A stretch of 62,014 nucleotides of DNA, counting the filler, from Globobulimina sp. (taxonomy: Eukaryota): assembly GCA_003354225.1 (NCBI GenBank). It is 26 parts of 26 records of this genome, joined end to end, with 100 filler letters (N's around TTAATTAATTAA, not from the genome) between each part and the next. Parts side by side here need not be neighbours in the genome. Positions count along the whole stretch, not along the records: positions 9,561 to 11,850 come from PIVH01007620.1; positions 11,951 to 14,240 come from PIVH01007621.1; positions 14,341 to 16,630 come from PIVH01007622.1; positions 16,731 to 19,020 come from PIVH01007623.1; positions 19,121 to 21,410 come from PIVH01007624.1; positions 21,511 to 23,800 come from PIVH01007625.1; 20 more parts are not named here. One strand, given 5' to 3'. The translations under genes and the position numbers were made by a program. Positions within the stretch are counted from its first letter, which is position 1; every line of letters begins with the position of its first letter. Positions 11,765-22,747 of this stretch are shown piece after piece. Under the pieces are notes generated by a model that saw only the letters and a list, made by a program, of their open reading frames with translations, had not been told where the DNA came from and did not search any database.

Positions 11765-12296
11765 TATACGAGTTGATGTTCAAAGCAACAAGTTTTCAAA
11801 TTGTTACATAAATATGCCAAACAGAAATAGTGGTGCCATCGATTGTCAACNNNNNNNNNNNNNNNNNNNNNNNNNNNNNNNNNNNNNNNNNNNNTTAATT
11901 AATTAANNNNNNNNNNNNNNNNNNNNNNNNNNNNNNNNNNNNNNNNNNNNATTGAATATGTTCAAAAAAATCGAATGGATTGTTTGCAGTGTCTGACATT
12001 TTTGCGAGTTATAATAATTTAATCAGTGTACTTTGGACTATGCTTTGTTTGCTCTATTTTTAGATTGTTTGCTCTATTTTTAGATTGTCTGATTATGAAA
12101 GAAAAACAGAATATTCCCAGCTGCATTTTTTATCCAGTAGTGAATGCATAATAACCGATGAATATGATGCGTAACAGATGCGTTCCCCATGTTTGATTGT
12201 ACCTATTATCTGGTCGGGCAATTTTGAACGCAATGGTCGCCATTGTAAACAGAAAATTGGTAAAGATTGTTTTATTTTTTTTAGCTTCACTTTATA

Positions 12297-13249
12297 ATGG
12301 CGTCTGACTTTGAAATGAACAACGTATTCCGCGGCGACTTCATTGTCGCTCAAACAGAAGTCATCTTCTTCAAACGCAAAAAAAAGAAGAAACAACCCAC
12401 ACCAAAACGTTGCATTCTGCTCATCATAACTGACACAGTCGCCTTGACAGACCCCAAGAAAGATGGCAAAGCTGTGCTTATGTTTCCTCGGAATACCATC
12501 ACAGACTTCAGATTCAATACAGATGACTCGCAATACAAACTGGAAGTCTCTGTATTTATAAACAACAAAACCCACGAACTCTGCATAGAATTCCCAACCA
12601 ATGACGCTCGCCAACAAAGGGATATATTCATTAAACATTTCACGATCGACAAAGCGAAAGCACTCAATCATACCGCCAATAATCAGCACATCAAACCCGA
12701 AATACATATCAAATCCGAACCCAACACACAAACACATACAAATATTACTCACATCAAATCCGAGCCTCCAAACACAGTCAACACTGTCAAATCTCAACTA
12801 ATCAAACCCCAAAACACACATACATCCAAAACCACTCTAGCTAACCCAAAAACCTTGCCAATCACAAAAGAAGTGTTTAGAAGTTTAAGCCTAAAAAGTC
12901 AATTACAATGAATGAAGACACACTCCGCAAACGCGCGTGTAAATTGGCCAAACACAAATATCTAAACACACTCTACAAAACCTTAGTCTGCAAAGATGTG
13001 CTGACACCGCACCAATTCTGGGACGAATATGGCACTGATATCGATATAAAACATTGCAGTGATGGGCTGATTGAGGGAATGAGTAATATGGTATTGCACG
13101 ACACTGTCAATAACACGACGTGGTCACTGTTCAGTGAGTTTAAAGGCGACATTGAGCGGAATGAATTTTTGTTTGAAGATTCTCAATTTAGATTACATAA
13201 CAGACACAACACCAAAAACACATTAATAAATAAAAATTTTAAAGCATAA
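12297..13249 (+). CDS. TFIIH p62/Tfb1-like gene (PH domain + BSD domain), split into two frames at 12908-12911
   Basis: ORF1 has a PH-like beta pattern ending in DARQQRDIFIKHF. ORF2 has the BSD-like LAKHKYLNTLYKTLVCKDVLTPHQFWDEY followed by GMSN. Confidence 0.6.
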
Positions 13250-13340
13250 CAAACAAATGCGAGTGAAAGTGAACTTGTTTGCAAACTTTTTAAAATAAAA
13301 AATACATAAATAAAAAGTAAAGATATACTCATTAATTGTA

Positions 13341-14240
13341 TTAAAAATCTTGATCACTATTTTCTTGTTGCTCTTCGTCGTCATCACTTTCCTCATCTTC
13401 ATCTTCATCACTTTCTTCATCTTCATCTGCATCGTCATCTAAATCGACGACTGCGTCTTGTTTGTCTTGATATTCTGTAATCAGATCCCTTACATTCTTA
13501 TCAGCCTCTTGGAATTCCATCTCATCCATACCTTCACCTTTATACCAATGTAAAAATGCCTTTCGTTTGTACATTTTGGCGAATTGTGCTGATATCCTCT
13601 GGAAAACACCTTTGATCGCAGTAGTATTTGCTACAAAGGTTCCAGACATATCGCAGTCTTCAGGTGGAACATTAATAATTGAGGTTTTAATATTATTTGG
13701 AATCCATGTCACAAAATCATCTGCCATTTTTTGTGAAATTTTGGCAGATTCATCATCAACTTCTTGCGTTGATATGTCACCACGATACATTTTTGCAGCA
13801 CATAAATATTTGCCATCTTCGGCTTTGACATTTGCTAAAAAATTGCGTGAACTCCACATTTGATCAGTTAACTCTTGCACTGTCAGCCGAACTTTGGCGC
13901 CTTGTCCAGGCGCAAATAATGGTGCTTGAGCTAATAAAAAGAAATGTAATCGGGGAAACGGTACTAAATTGACACCCATTTTACGTAAATCGCCATTTAA
14001 TTTACCACTAAATCGCAAAGATGCAGTAATACCACTCATTACCATTGAAATAACCCAATTCAAATCGGCATATTTTGGTTCTTTTTGTTTTAATACGTTG
14101 TGAGAGATACTAAACAAGGCTTCATTGTCAATCACAAATGTCTCATCTGAATTTTCTAATAATTGGTGAATAGACAATGTTGCATTGTATGGTTCGACAA
14201 CAACATCTGATACTTTTGGCGATGGATAGACACTAAAAGT
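13341..14240 (-). CDS. TUBB: Beta-tubulin, divergent foraminiferal/retarian type 2; 5'-truncated
   Basis: VVEPYNATLS, IDNEAL, NLVPFPRLHFF, AFLHWY.GEGMDEMEF, with type-2 substitutions (LRFSGKLNGDLRKMGV, LLAQAPL, MWSSRNFLA) and a long acidic tail. Confidence 0.97.
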   Translation of the reverse strand, partial: TFSVYPSPKVSDVVVEPYNATLSIHQLLENSDETFVIDNEALFSISHNVLKQKEPKYADLNWVISMVMSGITASLRFSGKLNGDLRKMGVNLVPFPRLHFFLLAQAPLFAPGQGAKVRLTVQELTDQMWSSRNFLANVKAEDGKYLCAAKMYRGDISTQEVDDESAKISQKMADDFVTWIPNNIKTSIINVPPEDCDMSGTFVANTTAIKGVFQRISAQFAKMYKRKAFLHWYKGEGMDEMEFQEADKNVRDLITEYQDKQDAVVDLDDDADEDEESDEDEDEESDDDEEQQENSDQDF

Positions 14241-14340
14241 NNNNNNNNNNNNNNNNNNNNNNNNNNNNNNNNNNNNNNNNNNNNTTAATTAATTAANNNN
14301 NNNNNNNNNNNNNNNNNNNNNNNNNNNNNNNNNNNNNNNN

Positions 14341-14885
14341 GTCATCCATCCAAAGTGGTCAGACCAGATTTTGTAATTTTACTTGCAGATTCTGAAAAAT
14401 ATATACTATTGGTAATTGAATTACAAGGTGTTATAACTGGCATGATAATCTAAATCATTATGTATTCTGACCAATGTTGTCAGCTCTTCCTTGACCGCCA
14501 CAGTAATACACAAATAAATTATACCTTCATTTGAGAGAATAACTTTTTCCTCTTTATTCTCAAGTCAAGTATTATCAACAAGTGTTTGTTTGCTCTCTGT
14601 CATCTGAAGCAGTTGCAGCAGATTTGGTATGTTCACAGGGAGACACTGAAACATATGTTATCAGTAATTGAAACAAGAAGTCGCTAAGGAATGTGAATCT
14701 ACACAACTATGTATTTTGACCAATGAAGTCAATGTAGCTTTGGTCATCACTTTACTGTATAAATGAATTATACCTTCTGGCGCAGGAGGGGCTGTTTTTT
14801 GATGAATCTCAACATGTTTCTGCTCACAGTCATCCAAAGTGGTCAGAGAAGATTTTGTAATTTCACTGGTCCTCCTTTTTATGGC
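14341..14885 (-). pseudogene. Tandemly duplicated exon-intron units (about 245-250 nt period) with a disrupted reading frame
   Basis: Repeated minus-strand GAAG|GTATAA donors near 14524 and 14773 with similar intron bodies. CATCCAAAGTGGTCAGA..GATTTTGTAATTT recurs near 14347 and 14831. The middle exon has an in-frame stop. Confidence 0.35.
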
Positions 14886-16730
14886 TTTTCCAGAAAGTAA
14901 AAACTTTTAAATGGTTTACTACTCTTTTATAGCACAACTTTTCTAAAAACCCAGTCTATCTACTTTATTTCTAACTATATAACTATTTCTAACAGAGATT
15001 AAAAAATATTGAGAGAGAGATTGTATTAAAATTAGGCATCACATGTTGGCCGCTAACAACTGAGTGAGTAATGTAAAGGACCTACAATACAATAATGAAT
15101 ACATCAGAGTGCCAAAGCCGAAAACACTCTTATGCTATTGTTTCATTAAATCCCATTCTTACTATTGATATAATCTGCTGGTGTCATAAAAAGTCTGTTT
15201 CCATGCAAGGTACCTTTCCCAGGGCAAATATTTGGGTAAAACCGATTTAAGGTTAAGTTTATGGGAGCGTCGCCTTTGTCCCCTTCGGCTAAGTGCACAT
15301 CCACTAACCTGCCTAGTGTGTAGTGGTTATTGAATCATCATTAGGTCCTTAACAGCCATTATTTTGAAAATCGCATATGGCTATGAATAATAACGGACAG
15401 AAATTTTCTACCCCCAAACTTTTTTTTCTTTTTTCGGAAGGGTAAGTAAATATAAGGAAAACCCCCAAGTATGAGCCTCCAACACCCCTAGCATTTTGAG
15501 AACGGACCTCATGAAAGTCGCATGTATGACCATTTTTACGAAAACTGACCTCACACATCTTTTTAGCTATAACTCCTGTGCCTTTCAAGATACGGAAATG
15601 AACTCTACGGCACACAAAAAGATCGTAGCCTGGGCTTTTCATTTCTTTTTTTATCGTTTAAAATATCTTGATTTTTGACCCTTATTCAGGCAAAAAAACT
15701 GAATAGTTTGTCAAACTTGACACAACCAATTTTTTACATTTTTGGTCATTTCGTACCTTATTCGTTGAGATACCCCTTAAAGATTTTCAGTGTTTATACT
15801 CCCCTTCAACATCTTTAATGTGACCAAAAATGAAAAAAATCGGAGCGCCGCATTTTGTGTACGGCCCTTCGAAACTTTGTAAATAATCGGCATTTTACTG
15901 AAAATAATTTTTATTCGACAATAATTCACTCAATTTTCGTCCAAAATCGTTAATTTTTTTTGCAATCGGTAGCTATAAATGCGCTGTTCATCGTAAACTA
16001 CATCATTTTTTCTTGGACTATTCATAATGACGTCAACCGTATAAATGCAATGCTTTGCATGGCCAATAAGCAAATTGATTTCCGGTCGATTATTTGTTTA
16101 CTAATTGAATCAGAAAGTTAAATTTTTATTCATATACCTATTCATTTTAATTGGGGTAAAGTTTGTGAAACAATGACAAAATGGAACTTAATCGTATTTA
16201 AAACAATGTATACCAAGAAACAATGGTACTGTCAGATAATACAAACGAAGGCAAGATTTTGAGTCTTTTTTAAAACCCTTTTTAAAAAAAGTTCCGAATT
16301 TTTTTCTGAAATTTCCTGTGGATGATACTTGAGCTTACTTGCTGAGAGAAGTTTTTGCCAAAAGTAGTATACACGGCTGAGCATGCCCATGCCTAAAAGG
16401 ACATGTTTTCGATGTCTTTACGCAGTTTTAACTTTTTAACGAAAAAAGATTTAAAAAACGGATTTCACCGTTCAATTGTACTCGAAAAAGTGATCATTTT
16501 TGTTTTTTTACGGTTTTCGAAAAATCAATTTTGGCCGTTTTTCGGTTTCACCCACCGACTTTTTTTCAGAAAACCGGCCAAAACTCATAATAGAACCCCC
16601 TGGTACATACGACGTTTTTCATTGCTTCGANNNNNNNNNNNNNNNNNNNNNNNNNNNNNNNNNNNNNNNNNNNNTTAATTAATTAANNNNNNNNNNNNNN
16701 NNNNNNNNNNNNNNNNNNNNNNNNNNNNNN

Positions 16731-17667
16731 ATTTATGTAAAATGTATTACTTTTTGAAGCAAAAAGACACAGCGAAAAATATACGTTTTAAATCGTCGGA
16801 TATTGAAAATTTAGCTATACGAATTGCTTCAAACCATGATCCGGTACATAGTAATAAGTTAACCTCCGAGTTTGCTGACGAGATTCGACAAATTTGGAAC
16901 ACGGATACTATGCAAAACGTGTATGAAATCCGTAAGAAATCGCATATTATGGATAATACGCCTTACTTTTTGGACAAAGTGCAAGATTTTGCCAACCCAA
17001 ATTATATTGTCACCTTTGACGATTTTGTCCGGATTCGCGACCAAACCACAGGTAATTTTATCAAATCACTACTGTTTCTACAAAAAATATGTACGCAATA
17101 TCGCATTGAATTGAATTAGGTATAGTTCAGACGGAATTGACAGTGGACCGAGGACCAAAAGAGTGGTTCTTTCGGATCACAGATGTCGGCGGACAGAGAG
17201 CTGAAAGAAGGAAATGGCTGCATGTGTTTGCTGGCATCGATGTGGTGCTCTATGTGATGAGTCTGAGTGCCTACGATCAGGTATTATACGAAGATCATAA
17301 TACGCGATGTTGGGATGAAACGTTCAATTTATTTGAGAATACTGCCAAGAATAAAATTTTTAACCGGACGGATTTTATTATTTTTTTAAATAAAAATGAT
17401 ATATTTCAAGAAAAAATAAAAACAGTTCCTTTTACTGTATATTGTAAAGAATTTAATGTGGAGGCTGCCAATGATGCGGCTGAAGTCACTAAATGGTGCA
17501 CAAAACAATTTGAACAGAGGTTTAATAATAATAATAATAAAGGGGTGAAGCGAGGAATGCATTTCCATGTAACCTGTGCCACTGATACTGCTCAAATAGA
17601 AACTGTTGTTCGCTACGTCCAAATTGAATTGATAAGGAAATTAATGTCCAGAGCAGCTTTGCTCTGA
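16731..17667 (+). CDS. Heterotrimeric G-protein alpha subunit, 5'-truncated; intron 17052-17119
   Basis: Spliced RIRDQTTG|IVQTE (switch I), DVGGQRAERRKW, FLNKND (G4), TCATDT (G5), C-terminal AALL. Confidence 0.97.
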
Positions 17668-17829
17668 ATTTTGTATACTGTTTTATTGCAATTAAAAGTA
17701 GTACAAAAACTGAATCGAGCTGGTGACTTTTTTTGTTTGTTTTGTGTTTGTATCGCGAGCGCCTTTCATTTTTTCCATGCTAACTTTAAATTATTAAGAG
17801 GAGGAAAATCAACTTGAGTTAGTTGAAAA

Positions 17830-18861
17830 ATGGGAGCATGTCTTAATAATCGTTTCGAATATACCGCACCAACTGATCCATTTGAGTCCAAGTATAAAAA
17901 TGTAATCGATACATTAGTAAATTGGTGGAATGATAATCTAGAAGTATTGTCAGATGATAAGTACTTGGAATGCGCGTTAACATTTTATAACAATCTGTTC
18001 ATCAAAATGCAATCAGTCAGAGACAAAATGCAATCACGCGACGTTGACCTGAATATGCAGGCATTAAAAATGTTAGGCATGTTCAGATGGATCGTGTTAA
18101 CATTGACGGAATCATCTTTATCCAATGGTATGATAAGCGCATTACAGCAATTAGGAGCATTGCACGATTATCTCGGCATTGTATTGGATGATTATTTAGC
18201 GGCCGGCGACATTTTCCATGAGACAATGAGCCATGCTTTTGCAGCTACATATAATGTGAGAGTCAAATGGTGCTTTAATGTGTTATATGAGATTATGGTC
18301 GGTGTTATGATGGGGAATGATTTCACAAAATTGTGTGAAACACAGACAGATAAATTAATGTTGCTATGGGGCCACGTCAATGATGCTGAAAATTCAATTT
18401 CCGATTGTTTGGATAATCAATACGTTATGACATATTTACCATTATTTATGAAAGAACAATTTTGTATCGAATTATTTTTATTTATTACTGATTACAAGAA
18501 ATACAAATTAATGACAAATAAAGATGATATTATCAGATTTGGTGAACATATGAAGGAAATGTATATTGATTCCAATTCGGCACAACAAATAAATATAAGT
18601 GGAGTTTGTAGAAACGCATTTTATCACAACTTAGAAAGTGCCGATAATGTACATACGTCTACGTTTACAAATATTTCGTATGATGATTGCTATGAGGAAG
18701 TAATTCAATTAATTGAAATGTCGGTTTTTCCATATTTTAAACTAGCTATTAAGGAATGTGTAGATTCAATAAATGTGAAAGCTGCTCCGGCAAAATTAGT
18801 AAAACCGCCAGAAATTGATTTCGTGAAACTATCAAAACGAACCAATTCATTGTTTATTTGA
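17830..18861 (+). CDS. Globin-RGS fusion protein with N-terminal MGxC acylation motif
   Basis: aa ~25-162 globin: TFYNNLF, LNMQALKMLGMF, LQQLGALHDYLGI, DYLAAGDIF, WCFNVLY. aa ~189-305 RGS: SISDCLDN, FMKEQFCIELFLFITDYKKY, MYIDSNSAQQINIS, YDDCYEEVIQLIEMSVFPYF. Confidence 0.85.
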   Translation: MGACLNNRFEYTAPTDPFESKYKNVIDTLVNWWNDNLEVLSDDKYLECALTFYNNLFIKMQSVRDKMQSRDVDLNMQALKMLGMFRWIVLTLTESSLSNGMISALQQLGALHDYLGIVLDDYLAAGDIFHETMSHAFAATYNVRVKWCFNVLYEIMVGVMMGNDFTKLCETQTDKLMLLWGHVNDAENSISDCLDNQYVMTYLPLFMKEQFCIELFLFITDYKKYKLMTNKDDIIRFGEHMKEMYIDSNSAQQINISGVCRNAFYHNLESADNVHTSTFTNISYDDCYEEVIQLIEMSVFPYFKLAIKECVDSINVKAAPAKLVKPPEIDFVKLSKRTNSLFI

Positions 18862-19120
18862 TATACAGTGTATATTATCGATCGAATGTTCTATTTAATT
18901 AATACAAAAATGCATGTTTTGTTTGTCTTTTTTATATATTTTTCTGTATCGCGACCCGTCACTCGTTTTATTAAAATATTTATTGCATGGCATTATTTAT
19001 CGTTAATTAAATTGAAATCTNNNNNNNNNNNNNNNNNNNNNNNNNNNNNNNNNNNNNNNNNNNNTTAATTAATTAANNNNNNNNNNNNNNNNNNNNNNNN
19101 NNNNNNNNNNNNNNNNNNNN

Positions 19121-19194
19121 AATTAATAAATAAATAAATAATATAATAAATAATATAATAAATAAATAATATAATAAATAATATAATAAATAAT
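19121..19194. repeat. AT-only minisatellite (AATAAATAATAT-like units)
   Basis: Directly visible tandem units at the contig start. Confidence 0.85.
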
Positions 19195-20023
19195 ACAACA
19201 TAGACAATATATTGATAAACTGTTTAGAATATCCAGAATTAAGATTACATGAATGCTTTTGAGCAATCTTACATTTTAAGTCAAATCAAAGTAACTGAAA
19301 GCATGGCATCACAACAGTGATCGAGAAGAATTAGCATGTACTAATATGTCTTATGTTCGAAAAGAGCTACACGTTCGATAAGAACTGCAAAAATTATGCA
19401 AAACACTGAAAGTCTTGAAACGAAAAGTTTCACCATTGTTCGAAAAGAACATAACAGTCAACAGTAATATAATATTTTATAAAAAAGGGAATTTTATTCA
19501 GCGAAGACGAGGAAGAGACTGTTCATATTATAGTACGAGATGAGGAAGAGGACCATAAAGAAACAAGAACTAGAAAGATGTCAGGAAACAGAAAGAAAAC
19601 ATAACACAAAGAAAACAAAGACAAAGACAAGAGGAAAAAAGAGGAAAAGGAAGAAGAGAAGGTGTATTTTTCTGTATAATAGTTTCGGAATAAAATTTTT
19701 TTATTTTTTTTTTCCGACGTATATTTTTGTGTTGCTTTATATTTCTTAGTTGAAAAGAAACGAAATATTATTCTATACTTTGCAAACTACATGCAGTTAT
19801 TTTTAAAAAGATTTTGCAAGAGGACGTTCAAGATTTAAACAATATGACTGTGGCAAAAGGCGATGAAGTTAATATTTACAGAAACTGACAGTTTGGTCAT
19901 GTTATGGCAGGAATGAACGCACGTAAAATCGTAAAATGTAAAATTTATTTTGTGTTTAATTTAAATCAAATGCTTTGTTGAGTCATTAAATTAATCGTGT
20001 TTGCCATCCATATTATTTGCATT

Positions 20024-20326
20024 TCATTTTTTGTGTATTGAGTTTACCACTGAGCTTGATCCTGCGTTTGTTAAAAAACAAACTTTTATTATCCATATAT
20101 TTAGATCAGAAATGATTGTACCTGAAAGTTTTAAAATTGCAAATTTATCTAATGTCTCTACAATTTCTGGCTCGTTTGTAATCATTAATCTTCTACATAC
20201 ATTTTTATGATATTTCCAATGCGACCGCTGACATTTTATATTGCAATAGTAAGTCATTTTGCAATTTCCACATCTTTTGGTTGTGTATTTACCACACACT
20301 TCACAGATATTCCTCATGGTGATCAC
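20024..20326 (-). CDS. MYND-type zinc finger protein (probably one exon of a larger gene)
   Basis: CEVC...CGNCKMTYYCNIKCQRSHWKYHKNVC; preceded by a TTTTATAG acceptor. Confidence 0.8.
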   Translation of the reverse strand: MITMRNICEVCGKYTTKRCGNCKMTYYCNIKCQRSHWKYHKNVCRRLMITNEPEIVETLDKFAILKLSGTIISDLNIWIIKVCFLTNAGSSSVVNSIHKK

Positions 20327-20726
20327 CTATAAAATTTTTTTAAGTTGACTTTTTTTGAGTGGTGTCTCAAAAAACATACTACCATACTACACATACTATT
20401 ATGTGCCACAAAAAACATTAATTCCAGATTCCACCAATCAAACACTTTTCATAGCAACAATTGAATCAACTAATACTACGTATAATTTGTATACAGGGGT
20501 ACTCCGTATAATATATATAACAATCAAAGTGGATCGAATATTGTAATCTTACACATCTATTGAATTAAACCTTGCAACCTAAAACATGGAGCATACATAT
20601 AATCACTATAATGTGCGTATTGAAAATGATTATGAAATTATGAAATTGTGAACATAGATATTATACGTGTTTATATACTTTATATTCCAAATATAGATTT
20701 CTAAACACTTTGATTAACTATTAATC

Positions 20727-21242
20727 ATGGAACAAGCACTCACCACCCCAGAACCAATTCCATCACATAAACCAGCATCTTTTATAGCTGCAATTCTATT
20801 ATATCAAACTTATAATGAGACACACAAAAATGATCAACCATGGATTGTTGAAAACATGGAGAATTTAATCGATGTTATTGAAAACAAAATATCAACGCGA
20901 CAAATTGAGTTGAAAGTCAAAATATTGAATGTACATGATAATTACAATTGGAACATTTATCACAATGTCTGTGTCAATGTCAATTTAAGACAAGAATTGG
21001 AGTCAATTTTATTATTAAATAACATTACTACAAAATCATTGGATTTAACAACGAATTTAGTATCACAAGTCATGGAAACCACCAAAAAGTTTTGTGATGT
21101 ATGTTGTTCTAACCTAAAACGAAGTCATCGATTTACTGGAAAAAGTCAGACAAAAGGTACAATTGGTGTATTATATGATGTATATAAAGGACCAATTATA
21201 ACCATCCATTATACTCACCAATGCAAGAATAAATCACGCTAA
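20727..21242 (+). CDS. Hypothetical protein with a CxC5-like cysteine cluster (possible KDZ-type transposon remnant)
   Basis: CDVC...GVLYDVYKGP.....HQCKN pattern; ORF ends abruptly. Confidence 0.35.
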   Translation: MEQALTTPEPIPSHKPASFIAAILLYQTYNETHKNDQPWIVENMENLIDVIENKISTRQIELKVKILNVHDNYNWNIYHNVCVNVNLRQELESILLLNNITTKSLDLTTNLVSQVMETTKKFCDVCCSNLKRSHRFTGKSQTKGTIGVLYDVYKGPIITIHYTHQCKNKSR

Positions 21243-21946
21243 ATGGAACGCTAAATTGCAGGACTTCAGTCAACCTGATATTAAAATATTCCATTCGATT
21301 GATATAAAAATACTCAATAAAGGTAGAACAAGAAGATCGAATTACAATAAAACTATGGCAAATATGAATGAATCAAATGAATACATTAATGATGAACAAA
21401 AATTATCTGGNNNNNNNNNNNNNNNNNNNNNNNNNNNNNNNNNNNNNNNNNNNNTTAATTAATTAANNNNNNNNNNNNNNNNNNNNNNNNNNNNNNNNNN
21501 NNNNNNNNNNGTGCCACTTCAATTATTTGTGTATTATGTTGTGTTTTATTAATTAGACACCGAAAACAATGGAATGCATTGCGGATTGCTGGAAATGAAA
21601 TTGCAGCACTCGAAGGTATACATATTCTATGTTGCATGAGAAATATATTAAATATTAGACATTTCCAAAGTGACTTGTTTGAGTTGTTTGAACTAATTTG
21701 CTGCACTACGTTTTTTCTTGCAGTTATATCCTATAAACTGTAAACTATATACCCACAAACCCTTTATTTCTGTACTGTGCATAACAAATATGTCAAATAC
21801 TGTACATATAATAATTATCGCTTACTAGTTAAAACCATCTAAAAACGCGATGATGTTTGATGTAGTTTGTCAGTATTTGTTGTTTTGTGTCATCTTTTTG
21901 TGATTGATTGCTGTTTATTTCTATTCTGATTGAATAAGACCTCGTA

Positions 21947-22471
21947 ATGCTTCCTCCAAATGCGGAAACCTCTAAGATTAATATTATTAATATTACGAGT
22001 GATGATGATATTGTTGCGGAAATCAATGAAATGTCTACTGATAATCAATCACAAATTGTAACGACATCCATTACTTCCAATCGTATTCGTACAAGTGATT
22101 ATGATGATATTGTTGCAAAAATCGATGCAATGCCTACTGAGACTGTTGATTGTAACACTACTCGCAATCCTACATCGGATGGATCCGGATATGTCGATAA
22201 AGACAAAAATGTGTCTCTAGATGCAATATTATCCGCTGCAAAGATACAAAGTAAACAAGAATTGGAGATAGCGATGATTGCTATGCAAGAAAGAAATAAA
22301 GAGGAGGTGAAAGATGAAGGTTTTGTAGACAGTGAAATTTTTGCTGATATCGATGATAAAAACGAAGGAAATGAATTGAAGGATAGTAATCCAACAAATA
22401 AAACAAGTGATGGAAGTACAGCAATTGGATATGACATTGTTGATGATAAATGTGTAGATACTCTAAATTAA
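21947..22471 (+). CDS. Acidic hypothetical protein with short internal repeats
   Basis: DDDIVAEINEM / YDDIVAKIDAM and two TSDGS motifs. Confidence 0.45.
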   Translation: MLPPNAETSKINIINITSDDDIVAEINEMSTDNQSQIVTTSITSNRIRTSDYDDIVAKIDAMPTETVDCNTTRNPTSDGSGYVDKDKNVSLDAILSAAKIQSKQELEIAMIAMQERNKEEVKDEGFVDSEIFADIDDKNEGNELKDSNPTNKTSDGSTAIGYDIVDDKCVDTLN

Positions 22472-22747
22472 TAAAAAGTAATTCTTGTAAAATATTTGTA
22501 TTGTCTTTAAATTTTTTATGAATCCGTTGTACAAATTAAATAACGACAGTGTTACTTAGTAGTACGACAGTGTTACTGCCATAGTGGCGGAACCCAGGAT
22601 TTAACTGTATACATCTGCAACAGTACTGCCATAATTGGATCTATATCTGCAACGGTAAAAAATAACAACCCATAAACAATTTTAACGTTTTCTGGTGTTG
22701 TCATATTGGTTTGGCACGGTTTATTGAATACGTTGCACCATGAAGTA

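Noticed and set aside
12093-12797. 234-aa minus-strand ORF, and other antisense ORFs such as 44306-45355 and 34531-35016
   Set aside because: Shadow or alternative frames of recognisable genes; no motifs of their own.
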